Assembly (NCBI GenBank): GCA_027923505.1
Contig: BROI01000032.1
Location: 1 to 64,000, forward strand
Direction: 5' to 3'
From: Mayamaea pseudoterrestris
Lineage: Eukaryota
Length of the DNA: 64,000 nt
The notes under the pieces were generated by a model that worked only from the letters and a program-made list of their open reading frames with translations, had not been told where the DNA came from and ran no database searches. Positions within the stretch are counted from its first letter, which is position 1, and every line of letters starts with the position of its first letter. Below, one piece after another: positions 29,280-38,379 of the stretch. Made by a program: the position numbers and the translations under genes.

Positions 29280-29822
29280 TGCTTGAGATCCAAGATGAAG
29301 GTCCGTACGGAAGTAGGGAGAAAAGACGGTTTAAACGCTAAAAGACTGGGGAAACTTTGAATCTATTGTTAGTAGATCCTCTAGAATGAGACGAAAGTGA
29401 AGCGGTCGATTTCGCATCCAAGAGTGGCTTCTCATTCATACGTATGTATATTGTCTACCGGTCGTGTCATTTTGTACTGGCCATCCCGTAGGCGGGATGG
29501 CTCTCGTCCGTCTACAGAATTGGCAGTATAGTCTTCACTGCTGGTAGTGTTTGCACGGCTTCGCTCTGTAGAGGCCCAACATTCGCTGTGTACGCCGGTT
29601 CCGGTATTCGATGTACCTGTGGTAGTCTTTCTACGGTTGTCAGTCGTGAATTCTTCGGGTACGGTGAAGTGTGTAGGGTTTGGGCCAGTGGCTGACTTTC
29701 TACTCTCGCCATCGTAGGAGTGTGGTCGTGAACGGGATGTTCCGTGTCTTGGTGCCGCTGAGACCGTGTCGATGTCCTTTTCAATGTTGCTTTGTTCGTC
29801 GGCCAAAACGGGGATCCCAGCA
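29280..29822 (-). repeat. 5' LTR of copia unit 1
   Basis: 543 bp; differs from the 3' LTR at one site I could see (A at 29711 versus G at 19012). Confidence 0.97.
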
Positions 29823-30365
29823 TGCTTGAGATCCAAGATGAAGGTCCGTACGGAAGTAGGGAGAAAAGACGGTTTAAACGCTAAAAGACTGGGGAAACTT
29901 TGAATCTATTGTTAGTAGATCCTCTAGAATGAGACGAAAGTGAAGCGGTCGATTTCGCATCCAAGAGTGGCTTCTCATTCATACGTATGTATATTGTCTA
30001 CCGGTCGTGTCATTTTGTACTGGCCATCCCGTAGGCGGGATGGCTCTCGTCCGTCTACAGAATTGGCAGTATAGTCTTCACTGCTGGTAGTGTTTGCACG
30101 GCTTCGCTCTGTAGAGGCCCAACATTCGCTGTGTACGCCGGTTCCGGTATTCGATGTACCTGTGGTAGTCTTTCTACGGTTGTCAGTCGTGAATTCTTCG
30201 GGTACGGTGAAGTGTGTAGGGTTTGGGCCAGTGGCTGACTTTCTACTCTCGCCGTCGTAGGAGTGTGGTCGTGAACGGGATGTTCCGTGTCTTGGTGCCG
30301 CTGAGACCGTGTCGATGTCCTTTTCAATGTTGCTTTGTTCGTCGGCCAAAACGGGGATCCCAGCA
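29823..30365 (-). repeat. 3' LTR of copia unit 2
   Basis: Begins immediately after the previous LTR (..cccagCA|TGcttgag..). Confidence 0.97.
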
Positions 30366-33300
30366 CCCTTCCCTTGGAGAGCGATGGCTTCAGGCATTGA
30401 ATCCATCTTGTAGTACTCATCCTCTCCAACTAGGATCCGTGCATGGCGATTGAAGGTAGAAAGGTCCAAGTTCTTGGTGAAGATGTCGGCAGTGTTCTTC
30501 TTGGTTTCAATGTACTTGACAAGGAGGATGCCGTGTTCTTTGAGCTCTCGAGCGAAGTTGTGGCGTACGTCAACATGGCGTGTGCGCCCTCCTGTCTTCC
30601 AGCTGTTGATGATGTCGATTGCGCCGCTGTTGTCCATTTCCAGGACCATTGGCAGTTGGACTTTGAGGCCTATTGACTGAAGAATGGCATGTGTGTGAAG
30701 CATGTCTTGTATGACGTCGGTACCTGCGGACATTTCGGACTCAGTTACTGAAAGGGAGACATGTTTCTGTAGGCGGCAAACTTCGGCGACGGGAACGCCT
30801 TCAAGGTAGGTGATGCCACCGGAATGACTCTTGTGCTTGTCGGGATCCTTGGCGTAATCTGAATCGCTTCTGGCGCTGATGATAAAGACGTGGTTTGGGC
30901 CGGTATACTCGCGGTTTGGGAGGAACAGTCTGCCTCTCTTTGGTGTTGCACACATGTAGCGGATGGCTCGGTACATGGCTTTCTCGTGGGCTTCTTCTCC
31001 CGTCTTCATGGCTCGGCATAAGTCATTTATGGCGTAGAGTGTCTCTGGTCGAGACCATCGGGCGAGGTAAAGTAGTTTGCCTAGGCCTTGTCGAAGGGTC
31101 GTCTGCTTGTTGTTGCTTAGGGCGGAAGGATCGCCTTCTTTGACGCATGGTAGCACCGTCCCGGGTTGAGCAGGAACGCATGCCTCTTGGCGTTTCGGCG
31201 GAGGGATTGTAAACTCGTCTTGTAAGCTTTGTAGGAGGACTGGTTGCGTCCATCGCATGTAGTTTTCGCCTCGTTCAATCTTGCAACCGATGTACTCGTC
31301 CATTGGTCCACCGTCTTCGCCGTCAAAGTGCTGTAGAAGTTGTTTCTTGGTGTCTTCAATCATGTCTGGAGGGCCGCTTAACAGGAGATCGTCGATGTGC
31401 GAGACGATGTGCATGTGGCGGTCGCCATCTTGTTTGTAAAACAGGCAAGGGTCGGCAACGCTCCGTTCAAATCCTATTTGTCGAAGTGCTTTGACCAGTT
31501 GGTCCCAGAACGCTCGCGCAGCTTGTTTAGTTCCGTATAGCGTGCGCTTGAGTAGCCAAACGTGATTGGGTGGATAGTCGTCTTGGAAACCTTCAGGTAT
31601 GTGCATGTAACACTCGTGGCCTTCGTCAAACGTGCCGTAGAGGAATGCTCCGCTTATATCGAAGATGTGTGGCTCGTATCCCATCATGATGGCAAGAGTT
31701 GTGACAATCTTGATGGACGTTGGCGATGCTACTGGAGATGAGATCTTGTTGCTGTCGTAATGGATTCCGTCTTCTTGTTCGTAGCCTCTTGCTGTGATTC
31801 GTGCTTTGTATGTGCCGTTTGACTTCTTCTTGAGCACCCACTTGCTTGTCATGCACTTTGTTCGAGGTGGTATCATGCTGCGTGAAACGACTTGGAATGT
31901 GCCGTGCTTGATGAGGTTGTCCTTCTCTTTGCGAATTGCCTTGATCCATTCGGGACGCTCTGGACTGCCCATGGCTTGCTTGAACTTGATCGTATGCAAC
32001 TCTTCTGTGTTGATGAATCCGCCTCCAATGCCTGCTCCAACGCACGCAAACTCTCCGAGTGTGGGAATGGGAGACGCGTCGTAGAAGATGCTTGCACTAG
32101 ACGGCGTGCTGGGCATGTCGCGGAAGAAGTATTCAAAGGTGGAATTCGTGGGCTCGTTCGGTGGTTCGCTTGTCTCGTCGAGGTTTAAATGGATTTCTGC
32201 AGGGATCAAGTCGGCGCTATGGAAGCTTTGTTGATCTTCATGGTCATTTTCTTGTTGGTATGGCGAATCATGGACGGATGTATGTGTGTCGTCGAGAATC
32301 GTTGAAGAGGGAACGTGTAGGAGATCGGCCATGATGGCAAGTTGTTCTGGCGGTAGATCGATTTGCTGGTTTGTCGACTCGTCGCTTTCGTCTTGTGTCT
32401 CGGTGACTAGTATAGATGTTTTATCTTCATGGTCATCTGGGTTGAAACCCTTCCCGAGTTGAAGAGTCGGGCTGCAAACGTTGGAGACTCGAGTCGTGAT
32501 CACTGTTTCGATAGACGCTTGAGGTGCGGCTGGTTGAGGTGCGGGACGTCCATTTGCTTGGGTGAGCTCTTCTTCATATTCATCGTCGTCTGCATTAATG
32601 TCCCACAGCTCGATTGCTTGACTGTCTCCTGCACTGCTATGGTCGTCGGCTCTTGGGACTAAGTCGGGTATGGAATCATTTAATGATACGGAGTCGTCGT
32701 CGCGCTCGTGTGATGGCTCGTAGGCAGCTTCGTAACGTTGATCTTGTGTAGGCAAACAGAAACTATCTTCGTTGCCCCATAGTTCAGGAGCTTCGCTGTC
32801 ACCTGCGCTGCTGTAGTCGTCATTTCGAGGTACCAGAGGAGGTATGGACCCGTTCGATGAGACTGATTCTTCGTCTTGCTGGTCGTCATATGGTCGGTGG
32901 TGGAATTCTTGCTCGTCAGACTCGCAGTACTTGTTATATTCTGATTCAGCTGATCGGTCACTGTCATAGCCGTTGTCGCATGCGTTGTATAGTGTTGTGC
33001 GATTGCCGAATCGTTCGTCGAGTGCGGCAAGTATGGCGGCGAATGTTGCAGGATTGGTCGGATCGAATCGAGTTGGTGTTCTTGTTTCTCGCGTGGTGCG
33101 ACGCAGGCCACCAGGATTTGATCGTGTGGAGCGTGTAGATGATCTTGAGCTTTGCGATCCTCGTGAGTGATTTGATGAGAATCGAGCGATGTGTCTTTGA
33201 ATTGCGTTTGCTTGGCGATCGGCGATTGTAGTATGCGCTCTTGGAGATTGAGGCGTATTGAGTATGTCTGTTCCTTCTTCTTGCGCGCTTGTTGGTGCAT

Positions 33301-36300
33301 TCGCATTTGGGTGGTATATTGTAAGTGCAGTTGGATTGAAGGTGTCGGGCGCTGATTGGATTGAGTTTGTTGGTGAGGCTTCCGATGCTTCTGGAGTGTC
33401 ATGGTCAGTCAGATCAATCAGCGAGGTAGATCGTGTCAGGATGCGCTTTGTATGGAACGTTGGTTTCTTCTTGTTCTTGTCGTCTGGAGATTTCGCGGGT
33501 GGCGGCGGCAAATTCCCATGGTGATGCGGTGAGAAAAGACTGCTGTAGTTGCTGCTGCAGGAAATGACGTCAATGAGTGGTGTAGTGACGATTTCGTGAC
33601 GCGGGGGCTTAGGTTGAAAGTACGGTCGGTGAAGAAATGTGACGTCCTTGACGTCATGTACGCGATTGGTCTCGGGATTGAAGACGCGATAGCATCTGCT
33701 CGGGTGATTTTTGCTGTAGCCGACAAAGATGCCTTGGAATCCTTTTGGTGCTAGATGAGACTTTAATCCGGATATCACGACAGTGACTGCTTCGCCGTAT
33801 GGATGTAGATTCTTGATGATGGGCGACTCGGTGCCGTAGAAGTGTTTGAATCGAGTTGCTAGAGTGCTCTTGTGCTCGACGATAGCAAGATTGTCCATGT
33901 CAGTTGAGTATTCGAAGGCAGATGGTGCCAAATGAAACCGAATTGAAGGTGGAATGTTTTGAGCTGTAAATATGGCTCGCGTGCGATTAGTGAGCGTCGG
34001 GAATCCAATTTCGACAAGACTGTTTTGTTGCGGGGTGTCTCTCGCAGTCCATTCGATCTCGATCGGCAATTTCCAAGCGGAGCTCTTCATTGACTTGGCT
34101 AATGCTTGGTTCTCTCCGGCGTTGTCCATTCGAAGGTATTTGACTGTAATGCCGCGTTGGATGAGATAGTAGAGCATCTGGCATGTCGGCTCAACGATTT
34201 CCCCTTTGGTGCGGTACATGGCGCTGTGCTTGTAGCCTGTCGCTTCGTCGACAATGAGTTGCCATTGCGGTTGTATGGAGGAGAATCCAAGTTCTGATTT
34301 GCTCTTCATGACTCTAAATGAAGAGAGGTCCATGTAAAGTCGCTCGCCTGGCTCTGTGGCTCGGATGCGCGGCGATATTTGAGGGACCGGTTGCTTCTTG
34401 GCCTTGCCTATTGCGCAGGCAACACACTTGTTCTTGGACGATCCGTGTATTTCCCATCTAAAGTGCTTGGCAATTGCGAGTGTCATTTGGGGGCTTTGGT
34501 GTCCACACAGTTCGTGCATTTGTTTGTAGGAGAGACGGCGTGTCGGAAGCAAGTTGGCTGCAATCATGGCGAACTCGTTACGAGGCGCTTGAACTAATGG
34601 CATTGGAATGACTCGTCTCAAGTACATGCAGTAAAGATGACCTCGCTTGGTAGGAATCAGCAAGTCGAAGACGATGGAGTGTTGGTTTTCTTTCTCTAGC
34701 CAAATCTTCTTGTTGCCGCTGCGGAGGTTCCATCCTGTCGCTAAACGTTGAGTGATGCTGAACAGATTGAAGGCGCAGTCGGGCGCGTAAGCAACGTTGT
34801 TGAGGACTCCTTGGTAGAGAGGATTGCCAAATCGATCGCAGGCGTCGACGCGAAGCTTCGCCATGGTTTGAATGTCGGCGACTGTTTGATTTCCCATTGT
34901 GATGCCTTCATTTCGTATCTGACGGGCATCGAACAGGCCTTCTGGATGAGGTGTACAGTCGACGGTTGCTGCGGTATCGCCGATGAAGATTTCAGGATGC
35001 TTCAGGATATCCAAGTTGGTTGGACACGTAATGGATTCGTGGATAGTTGCGAGGGCGAATTCGTTGTTGTTGTTGTTTCTTCGAACCGCGTAGGCATTGG
35101 CGCTTACGTTGTATCTCAATGCATTGAATGGATTTGGGCTTTCGTGTTGCAGTTGATTTGAATTGCGAGCTGGAGGCTGGTATCTGCGTGCGCGTTGCTC
35201 TGCTGCTTCGCGTGCGTCTCTTGCCTCGCGTTCTGCAAGGAGGTCTAGTAGTTCCTGTCGTTCTGCTTCTCTCTCGCTTTCTGGAAATTGATCGAGGTAG
35301 TTGAAAGTCGTTAAGTCTTTGCTGAATTCCAAGCCGACGTTGCGGAGGTCTTCTTCTAGTGTGCTGCGCGTTCGCAATGTTCCTTCGAGTGCTCGTCTTT
35401 TGACTTCCTTGGCAATTGCATGATCGATGACGACTTTTAAACGTTCGTCAAACAGTGCTTCCTCGTCTTCTTCATTGATTTCTTCGAACCAGAAGATGAG
35501 ATCCTTGAGGAAACGCCTTTGGCTGAAACGTTCAAGCATGCACAGTCGTGCGGCGCTTGCAGGGTTTGTCTCGATGTCTTGCTCATCCTTCTTTATTTGT
35601 TGGATGGTGGTTTCGTAGCGCGCTCGAGAAACGACATGCTCAGGCGCTTGATTGCGGTGTTCCCAGGATTGAAGAAAAGCTTGATAGCCTTCATAGGTGA
35701 AGGAGTCTGATCCGTAACTTTGACTGCTTGGGTATGCATCTGAATCGTAAGTTGCGTCGTCTGAATTGGTTTCTTCGTCGCCAGGATTGCTCATGATGAT
35801 TTCGACTCGCTCTGTATCCCAGACTCGAAGACCGGTGTATTGGTAGTAGCGGTCTCGCGTTGAGTCAATTGCTTCTTGATGCGTAAAGGCGTGTGGCATG
35901 GCTATGTGCTCGAGAAAGAACTCTTGTAGATCTGCAAACATCACTTTTACGGCGTCTGACAGCTCGTATAGTGGAGGGTTGATGAACAGGACGCTTTGCA
36001 AGACGTGGAATGGCGGTAGATCACTCGAGTTGGCTTGTGGCGGAATGTTGTTTGGAATCCTTGGAGCAAAGGTTGGATACAAGTGCTCGACTTCTTTTAG
36101 CTCGTCTGCTGTGAGGAAGTCTTTGGGTAGCCAGTCTCCTCGCCATTGCGCAAAGCTTGTCGCTACGAGTTCTTCTACACTTTCTTCTTCTTTCAATTCA
36201 ATTGGAGGACTTGTTGTTGGAGTTGAATCTTTGTCGGCGCTGCAAGTTGTGACGTTGTCGGTGCGCTCATGTGTGTCGCATTCGTTGGCGTTTGTGGTTG

Positions 36301-38371
36301 TTGGCTCAAGATTAGTGGCTTCAGTTGTGTCGCTGCTCGTTGTGACGTTATTGGTGCTTTGCGTAGCGTCGTAGACGTGGTAGGAGTCGTTGAGGTTGTT
36401 TGCTTGCTCTTCAATTGATGAGTGCACTTGTTGCTCTGATTTACTTGGCTCGTCTTGTTTGTGGAATGGCAGACCCTTCCCGTCTTCTTGCTTCGTTTGC
36501 TCAAGTGTTTCAATGTTTTGAATTAAAGTGCTGAAGTGTCTCCGTTCTTGCTCGGTTGGAGTCTTGTTGTTGACAAACTCGTCTTCAAAGTCGCTTTCTT
36601 CTTCATCACTTGTGCTTGGGTCGCCGCATATGGATGCCCAACTGCGTCCTTTGAGATTTGACGATGGAAGATTTGGCTTTGGCTTTGGTGACTCACTCGT
36701 TGTGGACAACTTTGTTAAAGGCACCAATTCGACGGCTTGCTTCTTGTTGGTGGAGCTTGACGTTGGTCTTGCGCGTTTCGTTCGAGTTGTTGGTGGTGCT
36801 GGAGGCTGCTCGATTGATGAATCGTCTTCCGATGAATAGTCTTTAATCTGATGTGGCTGTAGACCGCGCCAGTTGGTTTGTGGGTATAAAGGCGACGGTG
36901 TTGGAGCTGCAGGAGTGCGGGTAGGGAGTGCTGGATAAGTTTCATCAACTAAGTCGGCATGTATGAAGGCAAATTCGCTCCTTGAGTTTGTAGAAGGATA
37001 ACGGCGGCTTGAAGAGGAACGTTGCGAAGAGGAACGATGCGATCGCTGAGTCAACTGAAGGGCTTCGTGTACTGCTGCAAGTCCTTGTTCGAGTAGTAAT
37101 GGCGCTTGACGAGGCACTTGTTCGCGCATGATGGTTCGCGGGTGAGGCTCTTGACGATGGTTTTGATGATCAAGTTGGCGCGGTTGCTCTTGTTGATCTC
37201 GGCGACGATAATCATTGTCTCTTGGTTGGTCTCTTGCGCGCTCGTTGTTGCGATTCTGTCGATAACGACGGTCTTCTTGCTGATCATCTTGTGGAAGACG
37301 ACGATCTTGCTGTCGATTTGAATTGCGAGGACGCTCTCTTGGTCGTTCTAAACCACGCTCTTGTTGCTCTCGTGCTTCTTCATCTTCCAATTGACGACGA
37401 GCTTCGATTGACAAGCGAGTGTTCCATCCTCGAGGACGACGGTGGGCGTTTTCGACTCGTTCAAAGCAGTCGGCGCTTCGATGATACGGTTGATGGCAAA
37501 GGTAGCATTTGAATGATGGTGGATTTCGCGTGTTGTTATAGTTGGTTTGCGGGCGTTCATTGCGAGTTGGCGGCGCTTGATGCTGACGAGTGTTTTGTTG
37601 GCGTGAAGTTTCTTGTTGCGGCGGTTCTGGTTGTGCTGCATATAGAACAATCTCGTTGACTCCTTGTATTAAAGCTTCTTCATCTTCTGCTGCGTAAATC
37701 GTTTGGTAGATAGTCGACACGACGCCCTCCATTTCGGTCTTGGTCAGGGCGCGTTGCTTGGTCTTTTGCTCTTGCGCTAAAGCGAGGCAGTATTGAGGCG
37801 GCAGCTTGTTCATGAGCGTAGCCATCAGGTCTTCTGCAAGAAGCGTTTGGTTGAACTTGATGGCTTGCGATTGCATGAGGTCGATGAGGTCTTGAGGGTT
37901 TGCTGTTGGTCGTTCGAGCTTGAGATTTTGAATGCTTCGTCGGTAAAGTGTTGGCGCCATGAACTTGTCTGGAGAAAACTTGATTTCCAATGCGTTGATA
38001 ACCTTCCAAGCTTCGCCTCCTGGATACTCTGTTGATTCTGCTCCGACAAGATGGTCGTTCAACTCGGGGAATGGCGACAATGCGATGGAAAGCATTTGCA
38101 TGAGCGTTTCATTCTGCTTGCGTTCCGCTTGTTTGTTTCGAATGATTTGGATTTCGTCTGCTGTTGCGTTAGCTGCGGGATCAGTAATGACTTCATTTTG
38201 AGTAGCTGGTAAGTGCTCGGGTCGACTGCCTCTTATAGGACGGCGGCAGCCTGCAATTCTTGCATGATTCTTGAACTGGTTGAACCATGATGGAAAGGCT
38301 TCGATGGTGTTGGTTATCTTTGGCGTTTTGTAGAGCGCATTCATAGTGATGTCTTCTTGTTGGTCGGTCAT
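29975..38371 (-). CDS. Copia Gag-Pol polyprotein (2798 aa), unit 2
   Basis: Translation appears identical to 18733-27129. Confidence 0.95.
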   Translation of the reverse strand: MTDQQEDITMNALYKTPKITNTIEAFPSWFNQFKNHARIAGCRRPIRGSRPEHLPATQNEVITDPAANATADEIQIIRNKQAERKQNETLMQMLSIALSPFPELNDHLVGAESTEYPGGEAWKVINALEIKFSPDKFMAPTLYRRSIQNLKLERPTANPQDLIDLMQSQAIKFNQTLLAEDLMATLMNKLPPQYCLALAQEQKTKQRALTKTEMEGVVSTIYQTIYAAEDEEALIQGVNEIVLYAAQPEPPQQETSRQQNTRQHQAPPTRNERPQTNYNNTRNPPSFKCYLCHQPYHRSADCFERVENAHRRPRGWNTRLSIEARRQLEDEEAREQQERGLERPRERPRNSNRQQDRRLPQDDQQEDRRYRQNRNNERARDQPRDNDYRRRDQQEQPRQLDHQNHRQEPHPRTIMREQVPRQAPLLLEQGLAAVHEALQLTQRSHRSSSQRSSSSRRYPSTNSRSEFAFIHADLVDETYPALPTRTPAAPTPSPLYPQTNWRGLQPHQIKDYSSEDDSSIEQPPAPPTTRTKRARPTSSSTNKKQAVELVPLTKLSTTSESPKPKPNLPSSNLKGRSWASICGDPSTSDEEESDFEDEFVNNKTPTEQERRHFSTLIQNIETLEQTKQEDGKGLPFHKQDEPSKSEQQVHSSIEEQANNLNDSYHVYDATQSTNNVTTSSDTTEATNLEPTTTNANECDTHERTDNVTTCSADKDSTPTTSPPIELKEEESVEELVATSFAQWRGDWLPKDFLTADELKEVEHLYPTFAPRIPNNIPPQANSSDLPPFHVLQSVLFINPPLYELSDAVKVMFADLQEFFLEHIAMPHAFTHQEAIDSTRDRYYQYTGLRVWDTERVEIIMSNPGDEETNSDDATYDSDAYPSSQSYGSDSFTYEGYQAFLQSWEHRNQAPEHVVSRARYETTIQQIKKDEQDIETNPASAARLCMLERFSQRRFLKDLIFWFEEINEEDEEALFDERLKVVIDHAIAKEVKRRALEGTLRTRSTLEEDLRNVGLEFSKDLTTFNYLDQFPESEREAERQELLDLLAEREARDAREAAEQRARRYQPPARNSNQLQHESPNPFNALRYNVSANAYAVRRNNNNNEFALATIHESITCPTNLDILKHPEIFIGDTAATVDCTPHPEGLFDARQIRNEGITMGNQTVADIQTMAKLRVDACDRFGNPLYQGVLNNVAYAPDCAFNLFSITQRLATGWNLRSGNKKIWLEKENQHSIVFDLLIPTKRGHLYCMYLRRVIPMPLVQAPRNEFAMIAANLLPTRRLSYKQMHELCGHQSPQMTLAIAKHFRWEIHGSSKNKCVACAIGKAKKQPVPQISPRIRATEPGERLYMDLSSFRVMKSKSELGFSSIQPQWQLIVDEATGYKHSAMYRTKGEIVEPTCQMLYYLIQRGITVKYLRMDNAGENQALAKSMKSSAWKLPIEIEWTARDTPQQNSLVEIGFPTLTNRTRAIFTAQNIPPSIRFHLAPSAFEYSTDMDNLAIVEHKSTLATRFKHFYGTESPIIKNLHPYGEAVTVVISGLKSHLAPKGFQGIFVGYSKNHPSRCYRVFNPETNRVHDVKDVTFLHRPYFQPKPPRHEIVTTPLIDVISCSSNYSSLFSPHHHGNLPPPPAKSPDDKNKKKPTFHTKRILTRSTSLIDLTDHDTPEASEASPTNSIQSAPDTFNPTALTIYHPNANAPTSAQEEGTDILNTPQSPRAHTTIADRQANAIQRHIARFSSNHSRGSQSSRSSTRSTRSNPGGLRRTTRETRTPTRFDPTNPATFAAILAALDERFGNRTTLYNACDNGYDSDRSAESEYNKYCESDEQEFHHRPYDDQQDEESVSSNGSIPPLVPRNDDYSSAGDSEAPELWGNEDSFCLPTQDQRYEAAYEPSHERDDDSVSLNDSIPDLVPRADDHSSAGDSQAIELWDINADDDEYEEELTQANGRPAPQPAAPQASIETVITTRVSNVCSPTLQLGKGFNPDDHEDKTSILVTETQDESDESTNQQIDLPPEQLAIMADLLHVPSSTILDDTHTSVHDSPYQQENDHEDQQSFHSADLIPAEIHLNLDETSEPPNEPTNSTFEYFFRDMPSTPSSASIFYDASPIPTLGEFACVGAGIGGGFINTEELHTIKFKQAMGSPERPEWIKAIRKEKDNLIKHGTFQVVSRSMIPPRTKCMTSKWVLKKKSNGTYKARITARGYEQEDGIHYDSNKISSPVASPTSIKIVTTLAIMMGYEPHIFDISGAFLYGTFDEGHECYMHIPEGFQDDYPPNHVWLLKRTLYGTKQAARAFWDQLVKALRQIGFERSVADPCLFYKQDGDRHMHIVSHIDDLLLSGPPDMIEDTKKQLLQHFDGEDGGPMDEYIGCKIERGENYMRWTQPVLLQSLQDEFTIPPPKRQEACVPAQPGTVLPCVKEGDPSALSNNKQTTLRQGLGKLLYLARWSRPETLYAINDLCRAMKTGEEAHEKAMYRAIRYMCATPKRGRLFLPNREYTGPNHVFIISARSDSDYAKDPDKHKSHSGGITYLEGVPVAEVCRLQKHVSLSVTESEMSAGTDVIQDMLHTHAILQSIGLKVQLPMVLEMDNSGAIDIINSWKTGGRTRHVDVRHNFARELKEHGILLVKYIETKKNTADIFTKNLDLSTFNRHARILVGEDEYYKMDSMPEAIALQGKGAGIPVLADEQSNIEKDIDTVSAAPRHGTSRSRPHSYDGESRKSATGPNPTHFTVPEEFTTDNRRKTTTGTSNTGTGVHSECWASTERSRANTTSSEDYTANSVDGREPSRLRDGQYKMTRPVDNIHTYE

Positions 38372-38379
38372 GGTTGCGA

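Larger units (their letters stand above)
18581..29822 (-). mobile_element. Ty1/copia LTR retrotransposon, unit 1 (11242 bp, intact ORFs)
   Basis: TG..CA LTRs at 18581-19123 and 29280-29822; domain order gag-PR-IN-RT-RH. Confidence 0.97.

Noticed and set aside
29432..29836. 134 aa ORF at the LTR-LTR junction (and 40674-41048)
   Set aside because: It is the LTR-encoded tail of pol repeated in the 5' LTRs, with incidental non-ATG starts.
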